From an uncultured Clostridia bacterium (GTDB lineage Bacteria > Bacillota > Clostridia > Christensenellales > CAG-138): a stretch of 64,000 nucleotides of DNA. The translations under genes and the position numbers were made by a program. The notes beneath the pieces were generated by a model, which saw nothing but the letters and a program-made list of their open reading frames with translations, was not told where the DNA came from and did no database searches. Positions within the stretch are counted from its first letter, which is position 1. Every line of letters begins with the position of its first letter. Location of the stretch: NCBI GenBank assembly GCA_937915925.1, contig CALGGM010000042.1:21791-85790 (forward strand). The letters are read 5' to 3'. Of this stretch, positions 18,589-28,152 are shown piece after piece.

Positions 18589-19060
18589 AGAAATGGAACA
18601 AATGGAAGAGGAACTTCGCGCGATCTATCCGGACGAGGACTCGCTGCTGAACGGGACGATCAACACGATCATGCTTACGCTCGGCGTTCCGGCAAAACTC
18701 TTGGGGTATCGGTACATCTTTCTTGCCGTACGGTTCATCCGGACCAGACCGCCGCAGCTCCGTTCCACAACGAAAAAAGAACTGTATCCGTATCTTGCCG
18801 AAGTCTCCGGCTCGACGAAGCCCATGATCGAGCGGACGATGCGCTATGCGATCGCGCAGGCGTGGCGGCGTGCGGATCCGGATATTCTGTATTCCTATCT
18901 CGGTCTTCGCGGAAAGAACCTCAAGGATCCGCCCACAAACATCGAGTACGTGTATCTGATCGCGGAACGTGTGCGTCTGATCATCGGCGATCCTTTGTGG
19001 GAGGAGCATTATCAGCGGGTCATGGCGGGACTTCGAAACCGGTATGCTTGGTTAAATTGA
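18578..19060 (+). CDS. Receiver-less Spo0A_C domain protein
   Basis: 160 aa: a short acidic leader followed by a full Spo0A_C-like domain (GVPAKLLGYRYIFLAV, PMIERTMRYAIAQAWRR, PTNIEYVYLIAERV). Strong RBS GGGGGAG. It overlaps the upstream stop by 11 nt. Confidence 0.75.
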   Translation: MSIEEMEQMEEELRAIYPDEDSLLNGTINTIMLTLGVPAKLLGYRYIFLAVRFIRTRPPQLRSTTKKELYPYLAEVSGSTKPMIERTMRYAIAQAWRRADPDILYSYLGLRGKNLKDPPTNIEYVYLIAERVRLIIGDPLWEEHYQRVMAGLRNRYAWLN

Positions 19061-19090
19061 TTGACGAAACGGGTACGAATATGCTAAACT
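19061..19090 (+). promoter_or_regulatory. Sigma-A-type promoter for deoB-punA
   Basis: TTGACG, an 18-nt spacer, then TAAACT preceded by TGc (extended -10). It starts immediately after the stop of the upstream gene. Confidence 0.6.
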
Positions 19091-19120
19091 GATTACAAAT
19101 CAAGCATACGAGGTACAGTT

Positions 19121-20296
19121 ATGAAAAAAAGAGCAATCCTGATCGTTCTCGACAGCGCGGGGATCGGGTATCTGCCGGACGCTGCGGACTTCGGCGACGT
19201 AGGGGCAAACACCATTTGCAACATTTATGAGAAGCGCGGACGTCTCGACGTTCCGAACATGCTGAGACTGGGTCTTTCGCACATCGACGGCTGCCGTCTT
19301 CCGAAGGCGGACGGCGAGCTGATCGGAAGCTACTGTAAGTGCGCGGAGCAAACGCACGCAAAGGACACGACCTGCGGACATTGGGAGATGGCGGGTCTCG
19401 CGCTCGACGAGCCGTTCAAGACCTATCCGAACGGATTCCCGAAGGCGTTCATGGACGCGTTCGAACAGCGCATCGGCAGAGGCACGCTCGGCAATATCGT
19501 CGCGAGCGGCACGCAGATCATTCAGGAGCTCGGTGACGAGCATGTGCGCACCGGCAAGCCGATCGTCTACACCAGCGCGGACAGCGTGTTCCAGATCGCG
19601 GCGCACGAGGAGGTCATTCCGCTTCCGGAACTATACCGCATCTGCGAGATCGCGCGCGAAATGCTGACCGGCGAATATTTGGTCGGTCGCGTGATCGCAA
19701 GACCGTTCCTCGGCAGCAGCGGCGCGTATAACCGTACCGAAAACCGCAAGGACTACGCGGTCGAACCGTTCAAGGCTACGATCCTCGACGCGCTTGCCGG
19801 TAAGGGCATGGACGTCGTGGGCATCGGCAAGATCGAGGATATTTTCTGCCACAGAGGCATCACGACCGTCGATCACACCAAGAACAATCCGGACGGCATC
19901 AAGGCGACGCAGCGGTTCTTGGACGAAGGGACAGGGGATTTCATCTTTACGAACCTTGTCGACACCGATATGCTTTACGGTCACCGCAACGACTGGGAGG
20001 GCTACGGGAAAGCGCTCGAATATTTCGACGCGCATCTGCCCGAGATGTACCTTTCCATGCGAGAGGGCGACATTCTGATGATCACGGCGGACCACGGCTG
20101 CGATCCGACGTTCCCCGGAACGGATCACACGCGCGAATACATTCCGCTTCTGATCTGCGGTCAACACATCAAGCACGGCGTAAACCTCGGCATTCGCAGA
20201 CAGTTTTCCGACATCGGCGCGACGGTCTATGAATATCTGACCGGCGAGACGTGGCGTGAGGGCGAATCATTCTTAAAGGATATCTGGGAGGACTGA
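19121..20296 (+). CDS. deoB: Phosphopentomutase
   Basis: MKKRAILIVLDSAGIGYLPDA..., TSADSVFQIAAHEE and the ITADHGCDPT block. Confidence 0.95.
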   Translation: MKKRAILIVLDSAGIGYLPDAADFGDVGANTICNIYEKRGRLDVPNMLRLGLSHIDGCRLPKADGELIGSYCKCAEQTHAKDTTCGHWEMAGLALDEPFKTYPNGFPKAFMDAFEQRIGRGTLGNIVASGTQIIQELGDEHVRTGKPIVYTSADSVFQIAAHEEVIPLPELYRICEIAREMLTGEYLVGRVIARPFLGSSGAYNRTENRKDYAVEPFKATILDALAGKGMDVVGIGKIEDIFCHRGITTVDHTKNNPDGIKATQRFLDEGTGDFIFTNLVDTDMLYGHRNDWEGYGKALEYFDAHLPEMYLSMREGDILMITADHGCDPTFPGTDHTREYIPLLICGQHIKHGVNLGIRRQFSDIGATVYEYLTGETWREGESFLKDIWED

Positions 20297-20297
20297 C

Positions 20298-21122
20298 ATG
20301 GAAAACATCATGAACATCATCAACAATGCGGCTGCACTGCTGAAGGAACAGGGCGCGGACAAGGCGAAAATCGGTCTGATCCTCGGAAGCGGGCTCGGCG
20401 ATTACGCGGAAACGCTGGAGAACAAACGGTTCGTGAACTACGCGGACATCGAGGGCTATCCGGTATCCGGCGTCATCGGACACAAGAACCGGTTCGTCAT
20501 CGGCGAGAAATACGGCAAGACCGTCATCGCGATGCAGGGCAGGTTCCACTACTACGAGGGATATCCGCAGTGGATGCTTTCGCTCGGCGTGCGCACGATG
20601 AAGAAGCTCGGCGTTGAAAAGCTGCTGGTCACGAATGCGGCGGGCGGCGTGAACATGAACTTCCACGCGGGCGATCTGATGCTGATCACCGACCACATCA
20701 ACCTGTCCGGCAGCAATCCGCTGATCGGAAAGAATCTGGACGAGTTCGGACCGCGCTTCCCGGATCAGAGCAACGTGTACGACAAGGACCTTCGTGCAAA
20801 GATGGTCGAGCTGTCGATCCGCAAGGGCATTCCGATGCAGGAGGGCGTGTACCTCATGATGTCCGGTCCGTGCTACGAGACGCCTGCGGAGATTCGCATG
20901 GCACGTGTGATCGGCGCGGACGCGGTCGGCATGTCGACGATCCCGGAGACCATGTGCGCGGCGCACTGCGGCATGAAGGTCATGGGCATCAGCCTGATCA
21001 CCAACATGGCGGCGGGCGTGCTCGATCAGCCGCTTTCCCATGCGGAAGTGACCGAGACCGCGGCGCTTGCCACCGAGAAGTTCACCAAGCTCGTCGATCT
21101 GATCCTCAAAGAGATCTTCTGA
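20298..21122 (+). CDS. punA: Purine nucleoside phosphorylase (PNP/MTAP family 2, trimeric type)
   Basis: LILGSGLG, GRFHYYEG, VTNAAGG and VGMSTIPE blocks. Confidence 0.93.
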   Translation: MENIMNIINNAAALLKEQGADKAKIGLILGSGLGDYAETLENKRFVNYADIEGYPVSGVIGHKNRFVIGEKYGKTVIAMQGRFHYYEGYPQWMLSLGVRTMKKLGVEKLLVTNAAGGVNMNFHAGDLMLITDHINLSGSNPLIGKNLDEFGPRFPDQSNVYDKDLRAKMVELSIRKGIPMQEGVYLMMSGPCYETPAEIRMARVIGADAVGMSTIPETMCAAHCGMKVMGISLITNMAAGVLDQPLSHAEVTETAALATEKFTKLVDLILKEIF

Positions 21123-21141
21123 GAATTTGATACATTCAAAA

Positions 21142-21173
21142 AACGGCTGTCGCATAAGCGGCAGCCGTTTTGT
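21142..21173. terminator. Bidirectional rho-independent terminator between convergent punA and the membrane-protein gene
   Basis: aacggctgtcgc / gcggcagccgtt stem (one G-U pair) with loop ATAA. It is flanked by an A-run upstream and a T-run downstream. Confidence 0.8.
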
Positions 21174-21182
21174 ATGGTGCGA

Positions 21183-22070
21183 TTATTTCTTTTCGGTCTG
21201 TTCCGGTTCTTCGTCGTCGAAGTTGAATGCGCTCGACGGCATCGACGGACCGTGTACCTGTTCTTCTCTTGCCTTCTGCAGCTTTTCCTTATCGGTAAAC
21301 TTGCGCGTGACGATGAACAGCACGACAAGCGCCGCAACGGCGAGACCGAGGAAGACGTAGTTTAAGATCTGCAGCACGGTCGGGTCCGTGATCTCATAGA
21401 GCTTGGAGATAAACGAACCGTCGTTCGCGTCGGAACGGACATTGCCGGGGCTGGACACCCAAACGGAGTGTCCTTTTTCGAGATCCGCTTCGGTCATCGG
21501 ATAGACGGGTTCGCCCGCGTCGTCGATGAGATCGGTCTGCTCATAATACTTCGAGTAGTCCACGGAACCGCCCATGCAGCTCATCATGCCGCCGCTGGAG
21601 AGAGGGAACTTTTCCCGATCCTCGGAGTAGGCGTTGTAAGCCTTGTTGATGAACGCCGAGATCTCCTCGATCTCCATCTTTTGATTGTCGACGGAGTACG
21701 GACCGTAGGTAATCTCCTGACCTGTGGATGCAGACCCGAGACAGGACATGCCGCCCGACGCCGCTGCGGTCGTCGTGTAGGTCAGTTCGCCGTCCTCGAG
21801 CAGATCGGCGAAGGTCGTCTTATACGCATCGGTGACGCGATAATACGTGAGCTTGCCGGAATACAGGGCGGTCTGAACGCCGCTCGTCAGCGCCGTGATC
21901 AGCATGATGACGGCAAGCGCGATATAGATCAGCCGAAGAGCTTTCTTTGCCTTCGGGATCGATTCGTCCTTGAAGTTCTCCATGGAGAAAAGTCTTCCGC
22001 TGCCCTTGATTGCGCCGACCAGAACATAGATGCCCGCTGCGAGCAGAAAGATCGGTAATAAGAATCCCAT
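21183..22070 (-). CDS. Hypothetical bitopic membrane protein (two N-terminal TM helices, ~190-aa ectodomain, C-terminal TM and an acidic tail)
   Basis: It lies 30 nt downstream of the cysS stop on the same strand. I recognise no family. The motif SGGMSCLG / SGGMMSCMGG occurs twice. Confidence 0.6.
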   Translation of the reverse strand: MGFLLPIFLLAAGIYVLVGAIKGSGRLFSMENFKDESIPKAKKALRLIYIALAVIMLITALTSGVQTALYSGKLTYYRVTDAYKTTFADLLEDGELTYTTTAAASGGMSCLGSASTGQEITYGPYSVDNQKMEIEEISAFINKAYNAYSEDREKFPLSSGGMMSCMGGSVDYSKYYEQTDLIDDAGEPVYPMTEADLEKGHSVWVSSPGNVRSDANDGSFISKLYEITDPTVLQILNYVFLGLAVAALVVLFIVTRKFTDKEKLQKAREEQVHGPSMPSSAFNFDDEEPEQTEKK

Positions 22071-22100
22071 TTGTGTTCTCCTTTATGATGGTTTCGATGA

Positions 22101-23486
<1,386 letters not shown>

Positions 23487-23538
23487 ATCGTCCTCCTGAA
23501 CTGTGAAACCGCATAAGTCGATACGGTATTTCTAATCT

Positions 23539-23567
23539 ATAATAAGAAAATTCACCCGTTTTGTCAA
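23539..23567 (-). promoter_or_regulatory. Sigma-A-type promoter for cysS
   Basis: On the minus strand: TTGACA, a 17-nt spacer, then TATTAT. The leader is only ~50 nt. Confidence 0.65.
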
Positions 23568-23574
23568 TAAGGAT

Positions 23575-23603
23575 TTGACGAACGCTTCTTTTTGTACTAT
23601 AAT
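23575..23603 (+). promoter_or_regulatory. Sigma-A-type promoter for the cohesin-like gene
   Basis: TTGACG, a 17-nt spacer, then TATAAT, ~70 nt upstream of the ATG. Confidence 0.7.
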
Positions 23604-23675
23604 AATCCATACAGTTTTTGTCGGAAGAAGGAAACCGGCATTTGATCTGAAAATCCATACACGGGAGGAATATAC

Positions 23676-24749
23676 ATGAAACGCTTTTTTGCAGCGCTGA
23701 TCGCGGTTTTGCTGCTGCTTGCGATCCCGACCGTCGCGAACGCAGCGGCGGAAGAGGGCGAGATGCTGATCTCGTCGGATAAAGTCACGGGCGAGGTCGA
23801 CAGCGTCGTGAAGGTCGATTTCTATCTCTACGCGAATCTTCCGGACGGAAGACTGCTTGATTCGCTCTCCGGAACGATGAAGTTCGATCCCGAATTTTTG
23901 ACGCTCGGCGCGATCAATCAGGAGGATCCGGATCAGAATCTTGTCTCGCTGATGAAGGGCAAGGCGTCCAACTTCCAGTACAACATCAGCGAGAACGGCA
24001 CGATGAACTTTGCGTTCATCGACGCGTTCGGCGTTGAGGGAAGCGGCTTCTGGTTTCAGGCGGAGTTCCGCATCGAAAAGGAAGGCGCAACGGATTTCGT
24101 TTTCAACGGGATCTCCTACACGGGCATTGACGATGCGTATTCCACGGTGTCCTATTATATCGAACCGCGCTCGGTCGGCGGCGTCTACACCGAAGGCGAA
24201 AGCGTACCGACCGATAATGCTGTTGAGGAGACCTTTGCGCCGCTGACGCCGGCAGTCGCGACGCCGGTCGTTACGACGCCCACGCCGAAGCCCAGCAACA
24301 GCGGTCAGCAGGTTCCGGTGACCTCGACGCTCCCGACGTTCTCCGCAAATCCGTCAGCGCCGAGCGGACTTGTGACCCCGCAGCCGGCGGTCACGTCGAT
24401 GCCGATGACGACGCACGAAGCAGGCGCGTCCGCACCGACGGGAACCGAAACGGAAGCGCCTGCCGCAGAGACTGCGCCCGCAGAGGTCGTGGAGCCGACG
24501 GAAGAAGTCCCCGCGGAGGAGACGCCCGCTGCGCCTGTGGCTGAGGCCCCGGGCGATACGGCAGTGCCCGCGGAGATCACCCCCAACGATACGACCAAGA
24601 CGGAGCCTGCAGCCGTTGAAGAAACCGGCAATTCCAACACGATCCTCATCATCGGCGTCATCATCGGCATCGTCGCGGTGATCGGTCTCGGCGCGCTCGC
24701 GATCGTTCTTGTGCTGAAACGCCGCAAGATGAACGAAGAAGACGAATAA
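23676..24749 (+). CDS. Cohesin-like domain surface protein with P/T/A/E-rich linker and C-terminal TM anchor
   Basis: Signal peptide (..PTVANA). The ~150-aa domain has a cohesin-like pattern (KVTGEVDSVVKVDFYLYANLP...SGTMKFDPEFLTLGAI...FWFQAEFRIEKEG). It is followed by a low-complexity linker and then ILIIGVIIGIVAVIGLGALAIVLVLKRRK. Confidence 0.6.
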   Translation: MKRFFAALIAVLLLLAIPTVANAAAEEGEMLISSDKVTGEVDSVVKVDFYLYANLPDGRLLDSLSGTMKFDPEFLTLGAINQEDPDQNLVSLMKGKASNFQYNISENGTMNFAFIDAFGVEGSGFWFQAEFRIEKEGATDFVFNGISYTGIDDAYSTVSYYIEPRSVGGVYTEGESVPTDNAVEETFAPLTPAVATPVVTTPTPKPSNSGQQVPVTSTLPTFSANPSAPSGLVTPQPAVTSMPMTTHEAGASAPTGTETEAPAAETAPAEVVEPTEEVPAEETPAAPVAEAPGDTAVPAEITPNDTTKTEPAAVEETGNSNTILIIGVIIGIVAVIGLGALAIVLVLKRRKMNEEDE

Positions 24750-24769
24750 ACCAAAACTGTTTTGATTCG

Positions 24770-24806
24770 GAAAGCTCTCAATCTTGAGAGCTTTCTTGCG
24801 TTTTTA
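24770..24806 (+). terminator. Rho-independent terminator after the cohesin-like gene
   Basis: aaagctctcaa / ttgagagcttt inverted repeat followed by cttgcgttttt. Confidence 0.7.
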
Positions 24807-24852
24807 AAAGAAGTGTTGTATAATGACGAGGTTTGAGAAAGGGGGCGAGGGA

Positions 24853-25392
24853 ATGCGTCGGATCACAACAAGGCACCTGACGTTTGCCGCAATGTTCACC
24901 GCGCTCGCGGTGGTTTTGTCCATCTATCCGTTTACGTTCTATTTGCCGGACAGCAGCAGGATCACCTTCCGTGAGATCCCGATCTATCTGTGCTCCTTTA
25001 CGCTCGGACCCGTTTTCGGCGGGCTTTGCGCCTTTATCGCCGACCTGATCGGAACGTTCATCAGCAGCTCCGGGAACGCCTGGAACCCGCTGTTTGCGTT
25101 AAACGCCGTGCTCACCGGCGCGCTGCCGGGACTTCTGTTCCGCTTTGTGTTTAAGCGGCAGAACGGCGTGCTCTCAAAAGCACTTTCGATCATTCCCGTC
25201 AACATTCTCGTATCCCTGTTTTTAACGACGCTGTGGCTGCACGTGCTTCACTTTGACGGCGGCGTGCCGTTTTGGGCGCATCTGCTGCTGCGCATGCTTC
25301 TGGTCGCCGTGATGACGGCGGTGCAGATCCTTGCGGTCTCGGCGCTGTACCCGGTCGTTCTGAGGGGAATAGAAGGAGGAAAACAAGCATGA
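24853..25392 (+). CDS. folT: Folate-family ECF transporter S component
   Basis: Polytopic ~180-aa protein (LTFAAMFTALAVVLS..., FREIPIYL). It lies immediately upstream of folC and overlaps it. I chose the ATG at 24853 because of the GGGGGCGAGGG RBS. Confidence 0.75.
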   Translation: MRRITTRHLTFAAMFTALAVVLSIYPFTFYLPDSSRITFREIPIYLCSFTLGPVFGGLCAFIADLIGTFISSSGNAWNPLFALNAVLTGALPGLLFRFVFKRQNGVLSKALSIIPVNILVSLFLTTLWLHVLHFDGGVPFWAHLLLRMLLVAVMTAVQILAVSALYPVVLRGIEGGKQA

Positions 25393-26660
25393 CATACGAA
25401 GAAGCGATCGCCTATATCCACGGCATGTACTGGCGCGGGTCCAAGCTCGGACTGACCCGGGTCACGGAGCTTTGCCATCTTTTGGGCGATCCGCAGAACG
25501 GATTACGGTTTATCCACGTCGCAGGCACGAACGGGAAGGGCTCTACCTGCGCGATGCTTTCGAGAATCCTTTGCGCACAGGGCTATCGGACGGGTCTGTT
25601 CGTTTCGCCGTTTGTGGATCGGTTCAACGAACGCATTCAGCTGAACAATACGCCGATCCCGGACGACGATCTTGCCGAGATCGTCACGGAGATCGCGCCG
25701 ACCGTCGACGCCATGGAGCATCCCGCGACCGAGTTTGAGGTCATCACCGCGGCGGCGTTTTTGTACTACGCGCGGGAAAAGTGCGACTATGTCGTACTCG
25801 AGGTCGGGCTCGGCGGCGAGCTGGATTCCACCAACATCATTCGCACGCCGCTGCTGTCGATCATCACCGCGATCGATTACGATCATATGCACATCCTCGG
25901 CAACACGATCGAGGAGATCGCCTCCGCAAAGGCTGGCATCATCAAGGACGGCGGCACGGTGCTGTTCTACGGTCAGCATGAGAACGCGCTTCCCGTGATA
26001 GAAGCCGCCTGTGAAAAGCATCACGCGAACCTGCATGTCGTGGACCGATCCACGCTTTCAGAGGGCAGCTACGATCTGCACGGGCAGACGTTCGATTACC
26101 GAAACTATCGGAACCTTAAACTCGGGCTTTTGGGCAAGTATCAGATGCGCAACGCCGCAACCGTCATCGACGCCGTCGAGCTCTTGCGCGCGCAGGGCGT
26201 GAAGATTTCCGACAAAGCGCTGTATAAAGGACTTTCCGAAACGGTCTGGCCCGCAAGGTTTGAACTGCTTCGCGAGGATCCGCCGTTCTTTGTCGACGGC
26301 GGGCATAATCCGCACGGCGTTCGCGGCACGGTGGAAACATACCAGCGGCTGTTCCCGAATCAAAAGGCAAAGATCATCATGGGCATGATGCGCGACAAGG
26401 ACGTTTCGCAGTCGGTCGAGCTGCTGCTGCCGATCGCAAAGGAATTCTATACCGTAACGCCGAACAACGACCGCGCCATGCCGGGCGAAGAGCTGAAAGC
26501 GCTGATCGCGTCCTACGGCGCGACGGCGACGTCGTTTGCCTCCGTTGCGGATGCGGTCGACACCGCGATGCGCGGAAGTGAACCCGTGCTTGCGGTCGGG
26601 TCGCTGTATATGGCGGGCGAGGTGCATGAAGCGTTCCGCAAGGGAACGGAAAAGGAGTAA
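25389..26660 (+). CDS. folC: Bifunctional folylpolyglutamate synthase / dihydrofolate synthase
   Basis: HVAGTNGKGST P-loop, VLEVGLGG and DGGHNPHG blocks. ATGA overlap with folT. Confidence 0.93.
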   Translation: MTYEEAIAYIHGMYWRGSKLGLTRVTELCHLLGDPQNGLRFIHVAGTNGKGSTCAMLSRILCAQGYRTGLFVSPFVDRFNERIQLNNTPIPDDDLAEIVTEIAPTVDAMEHPATEFEVITAAAFLYYAREKCDYVVLEVGLGGELDSTNIIRTPLLSIITAIDYDHMHILGNTIEEIASAKAGIIKDGGTVLFYGQHENALPVIEAACEKHHANLHVVDRSTLSEGSYDLHGQTFDYRNYRNLKLGLLGKYQMRNAATVIDAVELLRAQGVKISDKALYKGLSETVWPARFELLREDPPFFVDGGHNPHGVRGTVETYQRLFPNQKAKIIMGMMRDKDVSQSVELLLPIAKEFYTVTPNNDRAMPGEELKALIASYGATATSFASVADAVDTAMRGSEPVLAVGSLYMAGEVHEAFRKGTEKE

Positions 26661-26663
26661 AAC

Positions 26664-27458
26664 ATGAAGCTGTTGGCGCTTGACATCGACGATACGCTGG
26701 TCGGCACGGGAAAGCTCCCGAGCGAGCGGCTCATTCGAGCGGTCCGTCTCGCAGAGGAAAACGGCGTTACGGTGATCCTGGCGACGGGACGCGGGTTCTT
26801 GGGAACAAAGCAGATCCGCGATTCACTGTCGCTGTATTCGCCCTTGATCCATTACGGCGGCGCCGTCGTCAGCGATGGAAGGACGGGGGAGCATCTATAT
26901 GCAAACTATCTGCGTCCACAGGACGTCGTGACTGCGATCGCCGTTGCGGATACGTTCGGCTTTCATGCGCAGATCTATGAGGAGGACACCGTGATCTTCC
27001 GCGCGCCGAACGAGTTTACGGAGCGCTACACCGGCATTTTGAATCTTCCGTATATCGTCGATCCGAACCTTCTGTACCGTCCGCTCGACAACATTCCGAA
27101 GGTCCTGTATGCGGTCGACCCTTCGCGCGAGCAGGAACTGTATCGGGAGATCCGTTCGCTTTTGCCGAAGCATCTGTCCGTGCTATGCTCGAAGCCGGGC
27201 TTCATCGAGATCGGCTCCGTTTCTTCGACCAAGGGGACCGCGCTTGAAAAGGTTGCCGCGATGCTGAACATCCCGCGCGAGGAGGTCACGGCGATTGGCG
27301 ACAACACGCTCGATCTCGACATGATCGAATGGGCGGGAACCGGCGTTTGCGTCGCGAACGCAAACCCGATCGTCAAGGAAAAGGCAGATCTGATCATCGG
27401 CGCCTGCGAGGACGAAGGCGTCGCCGCCTATCTTGAATCCTTGTTCGATCCTTCATAA
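26664..27458 (+). CDS. Cof-type HAD-IIB family hydrolase
   Basis: LALDIDDTL motif I, ATGR, and the GDNTLDLDMIEWAG motif. Confidence 0.88.
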   Translation: MKLLALDIDDTLVGTGKLPSERLIRAVRLAEENGVTVILATGRGFLGTKQIRDSLSLYSPLIHYGGAVVSDGRTGEHLYANYLRPQDVVTAIAVADTFGFHAQIYEEDTVIFRAPNEFTERYTGILNLPYIVDPNLLYRPLDNIPKVLYAVDPSREQELYREIRSLLPKHLSVLCSKPGFIEIGSVSSTKGTALEKVAAMLNIPREEVTAIGDNTLDLDMIEWAGTGVCVANANPIVKEKADLIIGACEDEGVAAYLESLFDPS

Positions 27459-27522
27459 CGCATCACAATACTTACTTTGCGATATTTGCTTCGTGACACA
27501 GATAAAGGAGAAAAAAACGAAA

Positions 27523-28149
27523 ATGAGTAAGTTTCATACAAAAAGACCGGTTGCGCTCTTGTGTATCGTGCTGATGACGATGCTGCTGCTCGGCTGCGGG
27601 CGGGAGTTTTCCTGGCAGGGCGATACGCTGACGGACGGAAATGCATCGTACCGCTATCTGGACAAGGGTTGGAGCTACAGCGGAACGTTCAAGATCCGGA
27701 TCGGCGTAAAGAAAGGCGGAAACGCATTGTACGCGTCCGATGAAACCGAATGGATGATCAAGGAACAGAAAAGCCTGCTGCAGGATATGGATTATCGGCC
27801 ACTGATCCGATCGGATATCGTGCTTCTCGATCCGGCTGACGAACACAATCGGATTCAGATCAATAACAGGTTTTTATCAGAAGCGGCGGCGACGCAGCTT
27901 CGTTCCTATAATATTGAAAATCACGGGAAACTGATCAAAAAGATCATGGGCGTGACGCCGACGTTCGTAGAAGTGATTCATCCGGAGATCGATGCACTTT
28001 ACAGCTCTTTTGATGGAGGCTGCTTTGTGCTTCAGGAAAAGACGTTGTATCTTGGGCTGTACAAAGGGTCCTATGACGGCTTTTATGCGTATGAAACGAT
28101 CCCGGAAGGGTCGGCGCTGTACCGTGAGGTTCTGGAAGTAATCAAGTGA
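27523..28149 (+). CDS. Hypothetical lipoprotein
   Basis: The signal peptide ends in the lipobox LLLGC. RBS AAGGAG. The GC content is visibly lower than in the neighbours. I recognise no family. Confidence 0.6.
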   Translation: MSKFHTKRPVALLCIVLMTMLLLGCGREFSWQGDTLTDGNASYRYLDKGWSYSGTFKIRIGVKKGGNALYASDETEWMIKEQKSLLQDMDYRPLIRSDIVLLDPADEHNRIQINNRFLSEAAATQLRSYNIENHGKLIKKIMGVTPTFVEVIHPEIDALYSSFDGGCFVLQEKTLYLGLYKGSYDGFYAYETIPEGSALYREVLEVIK

Positions 28150-28152
28150 AAT

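Noticed and set aside
23487-23567. Possible T-box leader upstream of cysS.
   Set aside because: The promoter (TTGACA-17-TATTAT) leaves only ~50 nt of leader. There is no GGTGGTACCGCG-like T-box sequence and no terminator/antiterminator pair.
24750-24852. Possible THF riboswitch upstream of folT.
   Set aside because: The 100-nt gap is filled by the upstream terminator and a promoter (TTGCGT-17-TATAAT). The leader is ~30 nt.
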